Origin: Vicinamibacterales bacterium
GTDB lineage: Bacteria > Acidobacteriota > Vicinamibacteria > Vicinamibacterales > UBA2999
Direction: 5' to 3'
DNA: 64,000 bases
Assembly: GCA_964202965.1 (NCBI GenBank)
Contig: CAXNKG010000008.1
Location: forward strand, 17,968-81,967
This document shows positions 29,276-39,056 of the stretch, one piece after another (positions within the stretch are counted from its first letter, which is position 1; the number at the start of each line of letters is the position of its first letter). The position numbers and the translations under genes were made by a program. The notes below the pieces were generated by a model. It had not been told where the DNA came from and did no database searches. It worked only from the letters and a program-made list of their open reading frames with translations.

Positions 29276-29809
29276 TCAGTCAACGACGGCCACCACCTGT
29301 ATTTCGATCAATTGTTCCGGCTCGCCGAGCTCGAGCACCACGACGTTGGTCGACGTCGGTTTGTGGTTGAACGGGGCGAAGTACGAATTGATGACCGCAC
29401 TCGCGCGCCCGAGGTCGCCGATGCGGGGCCGCGTCCTGAACACAAACATGTGCACAACATCGCCGAAGGTCGCACCGGAGGCCGCGAGTGTCTGCTTAAT
29501 GCCGTCCATCGTCGCCCGCGTCTGCGCCTCGAGGTCGTTCGGCAGGTGCTTCACGACCTCGTCACGGCGATGCGGGTGATCGTGATACACCGGCACCGCA
29601 GTCGTGCCCGCCAGCCAGAGCATCTTCCCCGAGGCGACTTTGATGGCCGGCACGAACGGCATGTTCAATGACTTGTCGAAGCCCGGATGGTGAACGGCCT
29701 CGATATGTTCGCTGGGCGCCGCGGTCTGTGCGGCGGATGGCGTGGGGGCGGCAAGGAGTCCCGCGCACACGAACACGAAGATACCGGGCACTGCGACTCG
29801 CGTTGTCAT
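29276..29809 (-). CDS. Sec-signal Rid family protein
   Basis: Signal peptide; LWLAGTT, DLEAQT, ASGATFGDVV, PTSTNVVVLELGEPEQLIEIQVVA. Confidence 0.8.
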   Translation of the reverse strand: MTTRVAVPGIFVFVCAGLLAAPTPSAAQTAAPSEHIEAVHHPGFDKSLNMPFVPAIKVASGKMLWLAGTTAVPVYHDHPHRRDEVVKHLPNDLEAQTRATMDGIKQTLAASGATFGDVVHMFVFRTRPRIGDLGRASAVINSYFAPFNHKPTSTNVVVLELGEPEQLIEIQVVAVVD

Positions 29810-29849
29810 GGCGAACTCCTGGTGAAGAGGGCTATCCGGCGCGACGGCT

Positions 29850-29865
29850 TGCCGAACTCATGCCA
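29850..29865 (-). promoter_or_regulatory. Sigma-54 promoter of the Rid operon
   Basis: TGGCATGAGTTCGGCA, GG-N10-GC. Confidence 0.65.
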
Positions 29866-29927
29866 CTTTGCCGGACGCCGCGCTCCGGCATGGCGCCGTC
29901 GCGACGACCCGCTCTGACCATCTTCGT

Positions 29928-29967
29928 TGTAAGAATTTCTCACGACAAGCTGTGCGCTTTCTGCACA
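29928..29967. promoter_or_regulatory. Tandem enhancer boxes TGTR-N9-CACR (probable activator binding sites)
   Basis: TGTA-agaatttct-CACG at 29928 and TGTG-cgctttctg-CACA at 29951; 23-bp spacing. Confidence 0.75.
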
Positions 29968-30063
29968 ACGGATGTGCCGCCAGGCTTGGGCGCCTGGCGA
30001 TTCCATCGCCGTCTGCCTTCAAGACGGGCCGAAACGTGATCAGGTCTCGACGTGGCTCCCTGC

Positions 30064-30079
30064 TGGAATAACAGTTGCT
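30064..30079 (+). promoter_or_regulatory. Sigma-54 promoter of the receptor/amidohydrolase operon
   Basis: TGGAATAACAGTTGCT (TGG-N8-TTGC). Confidence 0.8.
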
Positions 30080-30188
30080 TCGGCCCCGTGCTTCCGGTCC
30101 ATCGACAGGTCCCCGTTCATGCGCGACCGCGTGTGTGCGAGGCCTGTCTGCCACAGGCGACGAGCTTCTAGAGACCAGGGGGGTCACG

Positions 30189-33100
30189 ATGACGATCAGG
30201 AGGACAGTGGCGCGACTGCTCGCGGGTGTGCTGATGCTCGTGGCGCTCCCATGCGCAGCGTGGGCGCAGGCCACCGCTCAACTAAGCGGCACGGTGCGCG
30301 ACCAGGACGGCGGCGTACTGCCAGGCGTGTCCGTGACGGTGAGTCACGTCGAGACCGGCCTGACGCGTACGACGGTTACCAACGAGACCGGCACCTACGC
30401 GCTGCCGAATCTCCCGCTCGGCACGCACCGGTTCGAGGCGGCTCTCCAGGGGTTCCAGACGTACGTGCAGACGGGAATCGTGCTGCAGGTCAACAGCAGC
30501 TTCCTCATCAACCCGGTGCTCAACGTCGGCGCTCTGGCCGAGAGCGTCGAAGTGGTCGCGTCCGCGGCCATGGTGGAGACGCGCGCTGTTGGCGTCGGCC
30601 AGGTGATGGAGAACGAGCGCATCCTGGCGCTCCCGCTCAACGGACGCAACGTGGCGGATTTGATTGTGCTCTCGGGGCAGGCCGTGCAGACGGCGACGAC
30701 AACCGCCGGCAGCAGGTCCTTCCGAACAGGCGATCTCCAGCTGTCGGTCGGCGGGGGGCTGCGCGGCGGCGAGTCGTACATGCTGGACGGCGCCCGCTAC
30801 AAGAATCTGTTCGACGGCAGCGCGCTGCCGTATCCGTTTCCCGATGCGCTCCAGGAGTTCAAGGTCGAGACGTCAGGCCTGTCGGCGGAACATTCGGGCG
30901 GCGCCAGCGTCAGCGCGGTGACCCGATCCGGCACGAACCAGTTTCATGGCACCGCCTTCGAGTTCCTGCGGAACGACCTGTTCAACGCCCGGGGCTATTT
31001 CGCCACCCGGAACAGTACGCTCAAGCGCAACCAGTTCGGCGGGACGTTCGGTGGGCCGGTGCTGGAAAACCGCGTGTTCTTCTTTGGCGGCTATCAGGGG
31101 ACGATGCTGCGGCAGGATCCTGCCGACCAGCGCTCCCGGATTGTCACGCCGGCCATGCTGGCCGGCGACTGGACGACCGTCGCTTCCCCCGCCTGCAACA
31201 GCGGACGCCAGGTCACCCTGGGTGCGCCGTTCGTCAACAACCGGATCGATCCGGGGGTGTTCAGCCGTCCGTCCACCGACATTGCCAGACGGCTTCTCGC
31301 CGAGTCGGCGTCGCCGGATCCGTGCGGCGAGGTCGTCTTTGGCCGCCGCAATATCTATGACGAGCATCAGTACGTGGCGAGGGTGGACTATCAGCTGAAC
31401 AACAGCCACTCTCTCTTCGGGCGCGCCATGATCTTCACCTACGTGGCGCCCCGGCCGTCCGACTTCAACAATCCGCTTCTGAACGCGAACTCGCAGGGCG
31501 CCGCGACGTCTTCACAAGGGTATGCGACCGGGTCCAACTACATCCTCAGCCCAACCGCTGTGAACTCGCTGCGCTTTTCCGCCAACGTCCCCAGCATCAC
31601 GCGACGGACCTATGGCGGCTTCGATCCGACCGAGGTCGGCATCAATGCCGTGGCCGATACCAAGGGCTACACCATCGTGCTGATCCCCGGCGCGTTCAAT
31701 ATCGGGGCAGCGCACCTCAGCGCCGATTCGGTGTTTGACGGACACCATTTCACCATCGAGGACAGTCTCAACGTGGTGAAGGGTCGACACCAGATTGGCA
31801 TCGGCGCGAGTCTCGCCTACGCGAGCATGCACACCGAACTGGCGACGTCGGTCGCGCCGACCTTCAGCTTTACGACGCAGGTGACGGGCTTGGCGGTTGG
31901 AGACTTCATGATCGGGCGGCCCGCGTCAATGGTGCAGGGCAGTCCGGCCGATGTCGTCCAGACGCAGTGGCTCCCGGTGATGTACGCCCAGGATGCCTGG
32001 CAGGTGAAGCCGACCGTCACGCTGACCTACGGCGTCCGGTGGGAGCCAGACCTTCCGGTGGCCATGGAGGAAGGCTTCATCGTCAACTTCGACTATGAGC
32101 GCTTCCGCCAGGGGACCAAGAGCACCGTGTTCAGGAACGCGCCGGCGGGGCTCTATTACCCGGGCGATCCCGGCTTCCCCGGCAAGACGGGCGTGAACAG
32201 CTCCTGGCTGAAGTTCGCGCCGCGCCTTGGTGCGGCGTGGGATGTCCAGGGCGACGGCCGCATGTCGGTACGGGGTTCGTACGGCCTCGGCTACGACCAG
32301 CAGTTCCTCGGGTATTACAACGGCACGTTCGTCGCGTCGCCGTTCTTCAACCGCCTGACGCTCGTCAACCCGGCGGGAGGCTTGGCCAATCCGTGGCAGG
32401 GCGTGCCAGGCGGCCAGCCGTTTCCGCGGACGCAGATCGGCGCGGACGCCGCCTTCCTTCCCTTCGGCGATTATCTGAGCATGCCGTACGACCGCGAACG
32501 GCCGCGGAGTCAGTCGTGGAACGCGACCGTGCAGCGGCAGTTCGGGATCGAATGGATGGCGATGGCGAGCTACGTTGGTACCCGCGGCGACCACCTGTGG
32601 GGCATCAAGATGCTGAACCCTGGGGTCTACGTGTCGAACGGCACGGCCACCTGCACCTTGCCGAACGGGCAGGCCATCACTGGCACCGGCACGCAGTGCT
32701 CGACGACGGGGAACACCAACCAGCGCCGGCGCTTCACCGTCGAGCGTCCGCAGGACGGCCAGTTCCTCGGCCGGGTCTCGGAGTTCGACACGAACGGGAC
32801 GCAGGACTACCACGGTCTGCGGCTGTCGCTCGATCGGCGGTCGCCGCTCGGGTTGACCATTGGTGGCAACTACACGTACTCGCAATGTCTGCAGGACTTC
32901 ACGAGTGACGGATTGCCCAACGTGGAAGAGGCCTATCCCGACCCGAGCAATCGTGGCGCCGAGCGCGGCCCGTGCTTCGGTTCGCGGAACCACGCGGCCA
33001 ACGTCACGGGCGTGTACGCAGTGCCGGAATTCGCGAACCCCACGCTGCGTGCCGTGGCGAGCGGCTGGCGGGTGTCGGGCATCTACCGCCGGCTGAGCGG

Positions 33101-33509
33101 GCGGTTTGTGAACGTGACGGCGGGGCCGGACCGCGCGTTGACCGACATTGTCAATCAGCGGCCGAACCAGGTGCTGGATGACGTGTTCAGCGACACGTCG
33201 GGACGTCCGCTGTCGCAGTTCTGGAATCCGGCGGCCTTCGCTCTGCCGCCGGTCGGGACGATCAACGGCAATGCGGAGCGCAATGGCTTTGAGGGGCCGC
33301 CGACGTGGCAGCTCGACATGGCGCTGTCGCGCATCGTCCGGGTTGGCGCGCACGGACTCGAGTTCCGCGCGGAGGCGTACAACGTGACGAACAGCTTCCG
33401 GGCTGCCGATTTCGGCAACAATGTGCCGCTGAGTTCGCCGACGTTCGGGCAGATTCGCTCGGCGCTGGACTCCCGGATCCTGCAGTTTGCGCTGAAGTAC
33501 TCCTTCTAG
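30189..33509 (+). CDS. TonB-dependent receptor (Oar-like)
   Basis: Signal peptide; LPLNGRN, PDALQEFKV, TRSGTNQFHG, APRLGAAWD, RILQFALKYSF. Confidence 0.92.
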   Translation: MTIRRTVARLLAGVLMLVALPCAAWAQATAQLSGTVRDQDGGVLPGVSVTVSHVETGLTRTTVTNETGTYALPNLPLGTHRFEAALQGFQTYVQTGIVLQVNSSFLINPVLNVGALAESVEVVASAAMVETRAVGVGQVMENERILALPLNGRNVADLIVLSGQAVQTATTTAGSRSFRTGDLQLSVGGGLRGGESYMLDGARYKNLFDGSALPYPFPDALQEFKVETSGLSAEHSGGASVSAVTRSGTNQFHGTAFEFLRNDLFNARGYFATRNSTLKRNQFGGTFGGPVLENRVFFFGGYQGTMLRQDPADQRSRIVTPAMLAGDWTTVASPACNSGRQVTLGAPFVNNRIDPGVFSRPSTDIARRLLAESASPDPCGEVVFGRRNIYDEHQYVARVDYQLNNSHSLFGRAMIFTYVAPRPSDFNNPLLNANSQGAATSSQGYATGSNYILSPTAVNSLRFSANVPSITRRTYGGFDPTEVGINAVADTKGYTIVLIPGAFNIGAAHLSADSVFDGHHFTIEDSLNVVKGRHQIGIGASLAYASMHTELATSVAPTFSFTTQVTGLAVGDFMIGRPASMVQGSPADVVQTQWLPVMYAQDAWQVKPTVTLTYGVRWEPDLPVAMEEGFIVNFDYERFRQGTKSTVFRNAPAGLYYPGDPGFPGKTGVNSSWLKFAPRLGAAWDVQGDGRMSVRGSYGLGYDQQFLGYYNGTFVASPFFNRLTLVNPAGGLANPWQGVPGGQPFPRTQIGADAAFLPFGDYLSMPYDRERPRSQSWNATVQRQFGIEWMAMASYVGTRGDHLWGIKMLNPGVYVSNGTATCTLPNGQAITGTGTQCSTTGNTNQRRRFTVERPQDGQFLGRVSEFDTNGTQDYHGLRLSLDRRSPLGLTIGGNYTYSQCLQDFTSDGLPNVEEAYPDPSNRGAERGPCFGSRNHAANVTGVYAVPEFANPTLRAVASGWRVSGIYRRLSGRFVNVTAGPDRALTDIVNQRPNQVLDDVFSDTSGRPLSQFWNPAAFALPPVGTINGNAERNGFEGPPTWQLDMALSRIVRVGAHGLEFRAEAYNVTNSFRAADFGNNVPLSSPTFGQIRSALDSRILQFALKYSF

Positions 33510-33541
33510 TTCCCGCACGCTCACCCGCTGCGCGTGGAAAA

Positions 33542-33578
33542 GGGCCGGTCCTTCCTCACCTCCAGGAAGGGCCGGCCC
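33542..33578 (+). other. Intra-operon stem-loop with no U-tract
   Basis: GGGCCGGTCCTTCCT-N7-AGGAAGGGCCGGCCC; 15-bp stem with one G-U pair. Confidence 0.7.
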
Positions 33579-33606
33579 GCCTTGCGGTGCGACCGCCGGA
33601 GCCATC

Positions 33607-35313
33607 ATGCGACGCTCGAATAATCTTCTGACCGTCCTGCTGTCCGGCGGAGCCCTCTTCGCCACCGGTCTCGCCGCCGTCCTGATGACGCAGGCGCTCT
33701 CGAAGCCGCCAGATGACCGGGTGGTCAGTTATCCGGACACGCTTGTCCTGAACGGGAAGGTCGTCACGGTCGACGACGCCTCCAGTGTTCAGGAAGCGCT
33801 CGCCATTCGCGACGGCAGGTTCCTCGCGGTGGGCACGACGGCGGAGATGCGGAGTCTGGCCGGGCCCTCCACGCGCATCATCGACGCCGGCGGCCGCACG
33901 GTGCTGCCGGGACTCATCGACACACACGTCCACCTGATCCAGGCGGCGGTCTTCTGGCGCGACGAGATTCGCGTGGACGAGGCGCGCAGCCTCGACGACA
34001 TCTTTGCGGCGATCCGGGCGCGCGCGGCGACCGTGCCGCCGGGTACGTGGATTCTGATCCGCGGCGGCTGGCACTATTCCCAGCTGCGCGAGCGGCGCAT
34101 GCCGACGCGGGCCGAACTCGACCGCGTGGCCCCTGCGCACCCGGTGCACGTGCAGGCCACCTACGAGGTGGTGCAGCTCAATTCGCTGGGAATCACGGCG
34201 AGCGGAATCACGGGGCAGACGGCACTGCCGCCTGGCGGGTCGATGGAGAAGGACGCCCAGGGTAATTTCACCGGCGTGCTGCGCGGCACGCGCGGGGTGC
34301 TGATGGGCCGCGAGAAGTACTTCCCGCGCCTGTCGTTCGACGACAAGATTGCCGGCCTGCGCGCCGTGATGCGGGAGTTCAACGCCGCCGGCCTGACGGG
34401 CATCATCGACGGCAACGGGCTGTCCATCATCGAGCACTGGCTGGACAGCGACGAGGACTACCAGGCGATGTTCGAAGTGTGGCGGCGTGGGCAGATGACG
34501 CTCCGCGTCGGGCTTCAGCTGGACTCGCGCGACGAGGCGCAGGCGCTCGACGTCCTGGATCGCTTTCCGGCGCGGTTCGGCGACGACATGTTCTGGCTGA
34601 ACTCCGTCGGCGAGAACCTGATGCTGGACGTCTGGAATCCCGCCAGCTATCCGCTGCCGCCGGCGGCGCGTGCGGCGTTCACGCGCGTCGTCGAAGCGGC
34701 CGTCGCGCGCAACGCCACGATGCAGATCCACTCCCAGACCGAGCCGCAGCTGAACACCATGCTCGAGGTCTTCGAGGACGTGCACGCCCGGACGCCGCTC
34801 GATCACCTGCGCTTCACCCTTCTCCACGCGGAGCTGTTGACCCCGCCGATGATCGAACGGATGAAGCGTCTGGGCATGGGCGTCATGATCCAGTCCCGAC
34901 AGCTGGTCACGGCGGACGTGCTGCAGAAGACCTGGGGCGCGCGTATGGACGATGCGCCGATTGTCAAGACGGTGTTCGAAAGCGGACTCCCGCTCGGCGG
35001 TGGCACGGACGGCACGGTCGCGGTGCCGTTCCGGCCGTTCATGGCGCTCTATTGGTACATCTCGGGGCGCAGCTGGCGCGGGGATCTCGTGCGGCCGACG
35101 CAGCGTCTCACACGCGAGCAGGCGCTGCAGGTCTATACGCGGCAGGCCGCCTGGTTCAGCTTTCAGGAGGACCGCCGCGGTGCGATTATGCCCGGCTTTC
35201 TCGCGGACCTCATCGTGCTCGACAAGGACTACCTGACGGTGCCCGAGGAGGAGATCGCGACCATCCGCCCGGTGATGACGATCGTCGACGGGAAGGTCGT
35301 GTTCGAGCGCTGA
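33607..35313 (+). CDS. Secreted amidohydrolase 3 (YtcJ-like)
   Basis: NGKVVTVD, PGLIDTHVH, QIH, LHAE, GGTDG, GFLADLIVLD. Confidence 0.87.
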   Translation: MRRSNNLLTVLLSGGALFATGLAAVLMTQALSKPPDDRVVSYPDTLVLNGKVVTVDDASSVQEALAIRDGRFLAVGTTAEMRSLAGPSTRIIDAGGRTVLPGLIDTHVHLIQAAVFWRDEIRVDEARSLDDIFAAIRARAATVPPGTWILIRGGWHYSQLRERRMPTRAELDRVAPAHPVHVQATYEVVQLNSLGITASGITGQTALPPGGSMEKDAQGNFTGVLRGTRGVLMGREKYFPRLSFDDKIAGLRAVMREFNAAGLTGIIDGNGLSIIEHWLDSDEDYQAMFEVWRRGQMTLRVGLQLDSRDEAQALDVLDRFPARFGDDMFWLNSVGENLMLDVWNPASYPLPPAARAAFTRVVEAAVARNATMQIHSQTEPQLNTMLEVFEDVHARTPLDHLRFTLLHAELLTPPMIERMKRLGMGVMIQSRQLVTADVLQKTWGARMDDAPIVKTVFESGLPLGGGTDGTVAVPFRPFMALYWYISGRSWRGDLVRPTQRLTREQALQVYTRQAAWFSFQEDRRGAIMPGFLADLIVLDKDYLTVPEEEIATIRPVMTIVDGKVVFER

Positions 35314-35334
35314 CCCCCGGCCAGGGCGGCCGCC

Positions 35335-36693
35335 TCAGTCGATCCCGAACTTCTGCAGCTTGTCGTACAGCAGCCGCCGGTTGATCTTCAGGAGTTCGGC
35401 GGCACGCGACTTGTTTTCGTGCGCCTGCGCCAGAGCCCGGCGCACGAGGCTCTGTTCGAGCTTCGTGATCAGCGCATGGAATCCTTCATCCAGCGGCAGC
35501 TCCCCGAACGGATCGCTCCTGCGCGCCGGCGGCGGTGGGGCGAGCAGATCCGGGCCGATCGGCGCGCCCTGGCACAGGATGACACCGCGCTCGATCACGT
35601 GCTCGAGTTCGCGCACGTTGCCCGGCCAGCTGCCGGCCTTCAGCACGTCGATCGCCTGCGGGGTGAGGCTCGTCGGCGTGACCTTCCGCCGGGAAATCAG
35701 CTTGCGAAGGATGTGGGCGGCGAGGGCTGGAATGTCCTCGCGGCGATCGCGCAGCGGCGGCGCCTCGATCGTCACCACGTTGAGCCGGTAGAACAGGTCT
35801 TCCCTGAACGCCCCCTTCCGGATGGCCTGTTTCAGGTCGGCATTCGTCGCGGCCAGGATTCGCACGTCGAGCGCAATCGTCCGCTCCGATCCGAGCGGCT
35901 CGATCGTCCGCTCCTGCAGGACCCGCAGCAGCTTGACCTGCATGGAAGGCGAGAGCTCCCCGATTTCGTCGAGGAAAATGGTGCCGCCCTCGGCGATCTC
36001 GAACTTCCCGCGTTTCCGCGCGATGGCACCGGTGAAGGCGCCCTTCTCGTACCCGAAGAGCTCCGCCTCGAGCAGCGTGTCGGGGATCGCCGCGCAGTGG
36101 ACGGCGACCAGCCGTGCGGCGCGCCGCGGGCTGTGAGCGTGGATGGCGCGCGCAATCAACTCCTTGCCGGTTCCGGATTCACCGAGGATCAGCACGGTGG
36201 AATCCGACGACGCGACCTGTGCGATCAGTTTGTAGACCTGCCGCATCGGTGCGCTGTCACCGACGAGTTCCACCTGCGCCGCGGATCCACTGTCTTCCAC
36301 GTACCGCTCGAGGCTCATCGCCTGCAGGCGGTTGGCGATCGAGCGTTTCAGCTGGATGAGCAGCTCGTCGAAGCGAATCGGCTTGGTGAGGTAGTCATAG
36401 GCGCCGAGGGTCATCGCCTCGATCGCGACGTCGGAGCTGCCAAAGGCCGTCATCACCAGAATGGCCGGGGCCGCGGGATGTTCGCGCAGATCGCGCAGGA
36501 TCGTCAGGCCGTCGCGGCCCGGCATCCGGATGTCGAGCAGCACGGCGTCGTAATTCGACTGCTGCAGCGCCTCGGTCGCTTCGGTCCCGTCGCACGCGGC
36601 ATCCACGTGATAGTGCTCCTCCTCGAGGAGCGTCTGCAGCGTCTCGCGCGCCCGGACGTCGTCTTCGACGATGAGCACGTGGGCCTTTTTCAC
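35335..36693 (-). CDS. Sigma-54-dependent response regulator (NtrC/AtoC/ZraR type)
   Basis: REC (EDD, LDIRMP, KP), GESGTGKE, GAFTGA, FLDEIG, FREDLFYRL, WPGNVREL, Fis-type HTH. Confidence 0.95.
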   Translation of the reverse strand: MKKAHVLIVEDDVRARETLQTLLEEEHYHVDAACDGTEATEALQQSNYDAVLLDIRMPGRDGLTILRDLREHPAAPAILVMTAFGSSDVAIEAMTLGAYDYLTKPIRFDELLIQLKRSIANRLQAMSLERYVEDSGSAAQVELVGDSAPMRQVYKLIAQVASSDSTVLILGESGTGKELIARAIHAHSPRRAARLVAVHCAAIPDTLLEAELFGYEKGAFTGAIARKRGKFEIAEGGTIFLDEIGELSPSMQVKLLRVLQERTIEPLGSERTIALDVRILAATNADLKQAIRKGAFREDLFYRLNVVTIEAPPLRDRREDIPALAAHILRKLISRRKVTPTSLTPQAIDVLKAGSWPGNVRELEHVIERGVILCQGAPIGPDLLAPPPPARRSDPFGELPLDEGFHALITKLEQSLVRRALAQAHENKSRAAELLKINRRLLYDKLQKFGID

Positions 36694-38168
36694 GCGTGTA
36701 TCCGTTGCCGCGGCAAGCGGAGGGCGAAGGTCGTGCCGCCCTCGGTGGACTCGAATTCGAGGCTGCCGTCGTGATGCGCGGCCATCTCGCGTGAAATGGC
36801 CAGACCGAGGCCGGTTCCGTTTTCCTTGGTCGTGAAATACGGGTTGAAGATCTGCTCGCGGTCAGTGGGGCTGATTCCGGCCCCTCGGTCGGCGACCTCG
36901 ATCCGCACGCTGTCGCCGTTGGTCTCCGCCGAGATCGTCACGACCGCTTGTTCCGGCGAGGCGTCGATCGCGTTGATCAGGAGGTTAATCAGGATCTGCT
37001 CGATGGCGAGCGCGTCGACCTCTGCTCCGATCGGGTTGTCGCCGAGCCCCACGAGGTCAACCTGCACGCGCTTGTGCCGCGCCTGTTCGCCGACAATGCG
37101 AACGGCCCGCTCGAGGAGGGGCCGCAGGTCATGCACGCGACGGTTGCGCCCCTCGGGCCGGCCGAACGTGAGCAGTCTCCCGAGAATCTGGTCGAGCCGG
37201 TCGACCTCGTCGATGGCCTCGCGGACCTCGCCGCCCTCGGTCGTGCCCTTGCGGACGCGGCGGTTCAGGAGTTCCAGCGTCAGGCGCAGGGAGTTGAGCG
37301 GGTTGCGGATCTCGTGCGCCACGCCCGAGACGACCCGTCCGAGTGCCGCCAGCCGATCCTGACGGCGCAGCGTCCCTTCGAGAGTGCCGCGTCGATCGGC
37401 CATGCGGTTGACGGCCTGGGCGACACCTCCGAAGTCGCCCCCAATCGCCGGCAGGCGGTAGTCGAAGTCATGTTCGAGGCGCGACAGGCCGGTCTGGAGC
37501 GCTTCGACGCCGTGCTGCAGGCGGAAGCTGATGGAGATCGTCATCGCCAGACCGAGTACGGCCGACAGCACCAGCCCCGCCAGCCACCAGCGACGGCGCT
37601 CCGCGGCGGGATTGTTGGCGTCGGACAGGCGCTTGAGCACCCACGCCACGGCATCCCTTGGGAAAATGGCGACGGCACACGCCACCAGCAAGTCGTTACC
37701 GTCCTCACGAATCAGCGATGTCGGCGGTGGACCGGCGGCGGCCGCCTGAGCAAGGTCCACCACGAGGCGCGCTTCGTTTTCCATCGGGTCCGTGGCAACG
37801 GCCGGCATCGTGAAGCTTTCACCCGTATGGCCCGCGAGACGGCGCTCGGGGCCGATCATGAAGCCGCCCTCCGCGCCTTCGTACGAACGCAGGACGGCCG
37901 ACGACAGGCCCCGCAGCGAGAGGTCGAGGGCCTCGAAGACCTGGGGCGCCGGTTCGGACGCGTCGATCAGGGATTCCCGATCCACGAACTGCTGCTGGAG
38001 TTCTGCGACCGCGGTGGCGCATTCCTGCCGTGCTTCATCGGTCAGCGTCTGGCGCGTGCTCTGCCAGGCGTCCTGGATCAGGACGGCGGTGAGCACCGCC
38101 ATCGAGATCGAGGTCAGGGCGATCAGCAGGCCCTGAGTCCGGAAGCGGTCCGGTGAATACCAGGCCAC
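36690..38168 (-). CDS. Membrane sensor histidine kinase
   Basis: Two TM helices flanking a periplasmic domain, HAMP, AHEIRNPL, NLLINAID, D.GAG, FTTK, GTGLGL. Confidence 0.93.
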   Translation of the reverse strand: MAWYSPDRFRTQGLLIALTSISMAVLTAVLIQDAWQSTRQTLTDEARQECATAVAELQQQFVDRESLIDASEPAPQVFEALDLSLRGLSSAVLRSYEGAEGGFMIGPERRLAGHTGESFTMPAVATDPMENEARLVVDLAQAAAAGPPPTSLIREDGNDLLVACAVAIFPRDAVAWVLKRLSDANNPAAERRRWWLAGLVLSAVLGLAMTISISFRLQHGVEALQTGLSRLEHDFDYRLPAIGGDFGGVAQAVNRMADRRGTLEGTLRRQDRLAALGRVVSGVAHEIRNPLNSLRLTLELLNRRVRKGTTEGGEVREAIDEVDRLDQILGRLLTFGRPEGRNRRVHDLRPLLERAVRIVGEQARHKRVQVDLVGLGDNPIGAEVDALAIEQILINLLINAIDASPEQAVVTISAETNGDSVRIEVADRGAGISPTDREQIFNPYFTTKENGTGLGLAISREMAAHHDGSLEFESTEGGTTFALRLPRQRIHA

Positions 38169-38170
38169 TG

Positions 38171-38743
38171 TTACCCTTCTGGAAGCCGCGGTGGTTCGGG
38201 GACGCCCATTTCGGCCTGTGCAAGCCGTTCGACACCCATGATGACGTCGCGCGACGCTTCAGAGAGCAGCCGGACGCGGCCGTATTCCCGGTCGTCGTAG
38301 GCGGCCCGGGCGACCTGGTAGAGGCGCCGGGCCACGCGGACATACTGGGTACCGCTGGCCCCCTGCGACTGCCGCCCGAAGTAGTCGCCCTGCTGAATTC
38401 TGAAATACGTGCGCTCGAGGTCGCGCGCCATCAGGAAGCGCATCTCTTCGCTGCGGTCGTCGCCCTGCCGGCCGCTTTTCGCCTCGATGATGCGTTCGCT
38501 GGCGTCCAGGAAATCCTTCATGGCGAGGTCCAAGCGTTCGACCAGGAACGATCTCGCCTGCGCCCGCCGGCGTCGTTCGATCAGGATCGCAATCTGCTCG
38601 TGGAGAAAGACGTTCTCCGGCGTGAGGTCACCCCTCGATGTTAACGCCTGGAGGCGTTGCACCGTATCACGAAGGGGATCGTCCTGGGCGGCGCCGCCCG
38701 CGGCGAGGGCGGCGACGATCACCAGGGCCAGCGGCATGTGCAT
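38171..38743 (-). CDS. Secreted alpha-helical hypothetical protein (probable accessory to the two-component system)
   Basis: Signal peptide MHMPLALVIVAALAAGGAA; ends 2 bp before the kinase start. Confidence 0.65.
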   Translation of the reverse strand: MHMPLALVIVAALAAGGAAQDDPLRDTVQRLQALTSRGDLTPENVFLHEQIAILIERRRRAQARSFLVERLDLAMKDFLDASERIIEAKSGRQGDDRSEEMRFLMARDLERTYFRIQQGDYFGRQSQGASGTQYVRVARRLYQVARAAYDDREYGRVRLLSEASRDVIMGVERLAQAEMGVPEPPRLPEG

Positions 38744-38796
38744 CACGTGTAACAGGGACTCCTGCGGGTCAGGCGGTACGGATCGGCCCAGCTGAA

Positions 38797-38812
38797 GGCA
38801 ACTGTCATTCCA
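38797..38812 (-). promoter_or_regulatory. Sigma-54 promoter of the regulator operon
   Basis: TGGAATGACAGTTGCC, 14/16 identical to the 30064 promoter. Confidence 0.8.
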
Positions 38813-38861
38813 CTCCGCTGGCCCCCTGGCAGGCCGGGGTTCAAGCGCTGACGCCGGACGC

Positions 38862-38901
38862 TGTGTCGAAGGCACACAAACCGCTGTGAGAAAAGCGCAC
38901 A
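38862..38901. promoter_or_regulatory. Tandem enhancer boxes TGTG-N9-CACA
   Basis: TGTG-tcgaaggca-CACA at 38862 and TGTG-agaaaagcg-CACA at 38885; 23-bp spacing. Confidence 0.8.
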
Positions 38902-38953
38902 GTTCGAGCGATCAATGGGCCGATTACGGAGGGGAGGAGACGCAATGTTTGCT

Positions 38954-38969
38954 TGGTGCCTTTCTTGCT
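38954..38969 (+). promoter_or_regulatory. Sigma-54 promoter of the DUF6152 operon
   Basis: TGGTGCCTTTCTTGCT (TGG-N8-TTGC). Confidence 0.75.
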
Positions 38970-39056
38970 TCGGGGCAAAGATATCGCCTTCGCACCGGCA
39001 CGCACCGGTAAATATACAACCCCAATCGGAGCCCTCAAGACTTCGACGGAGGACGA

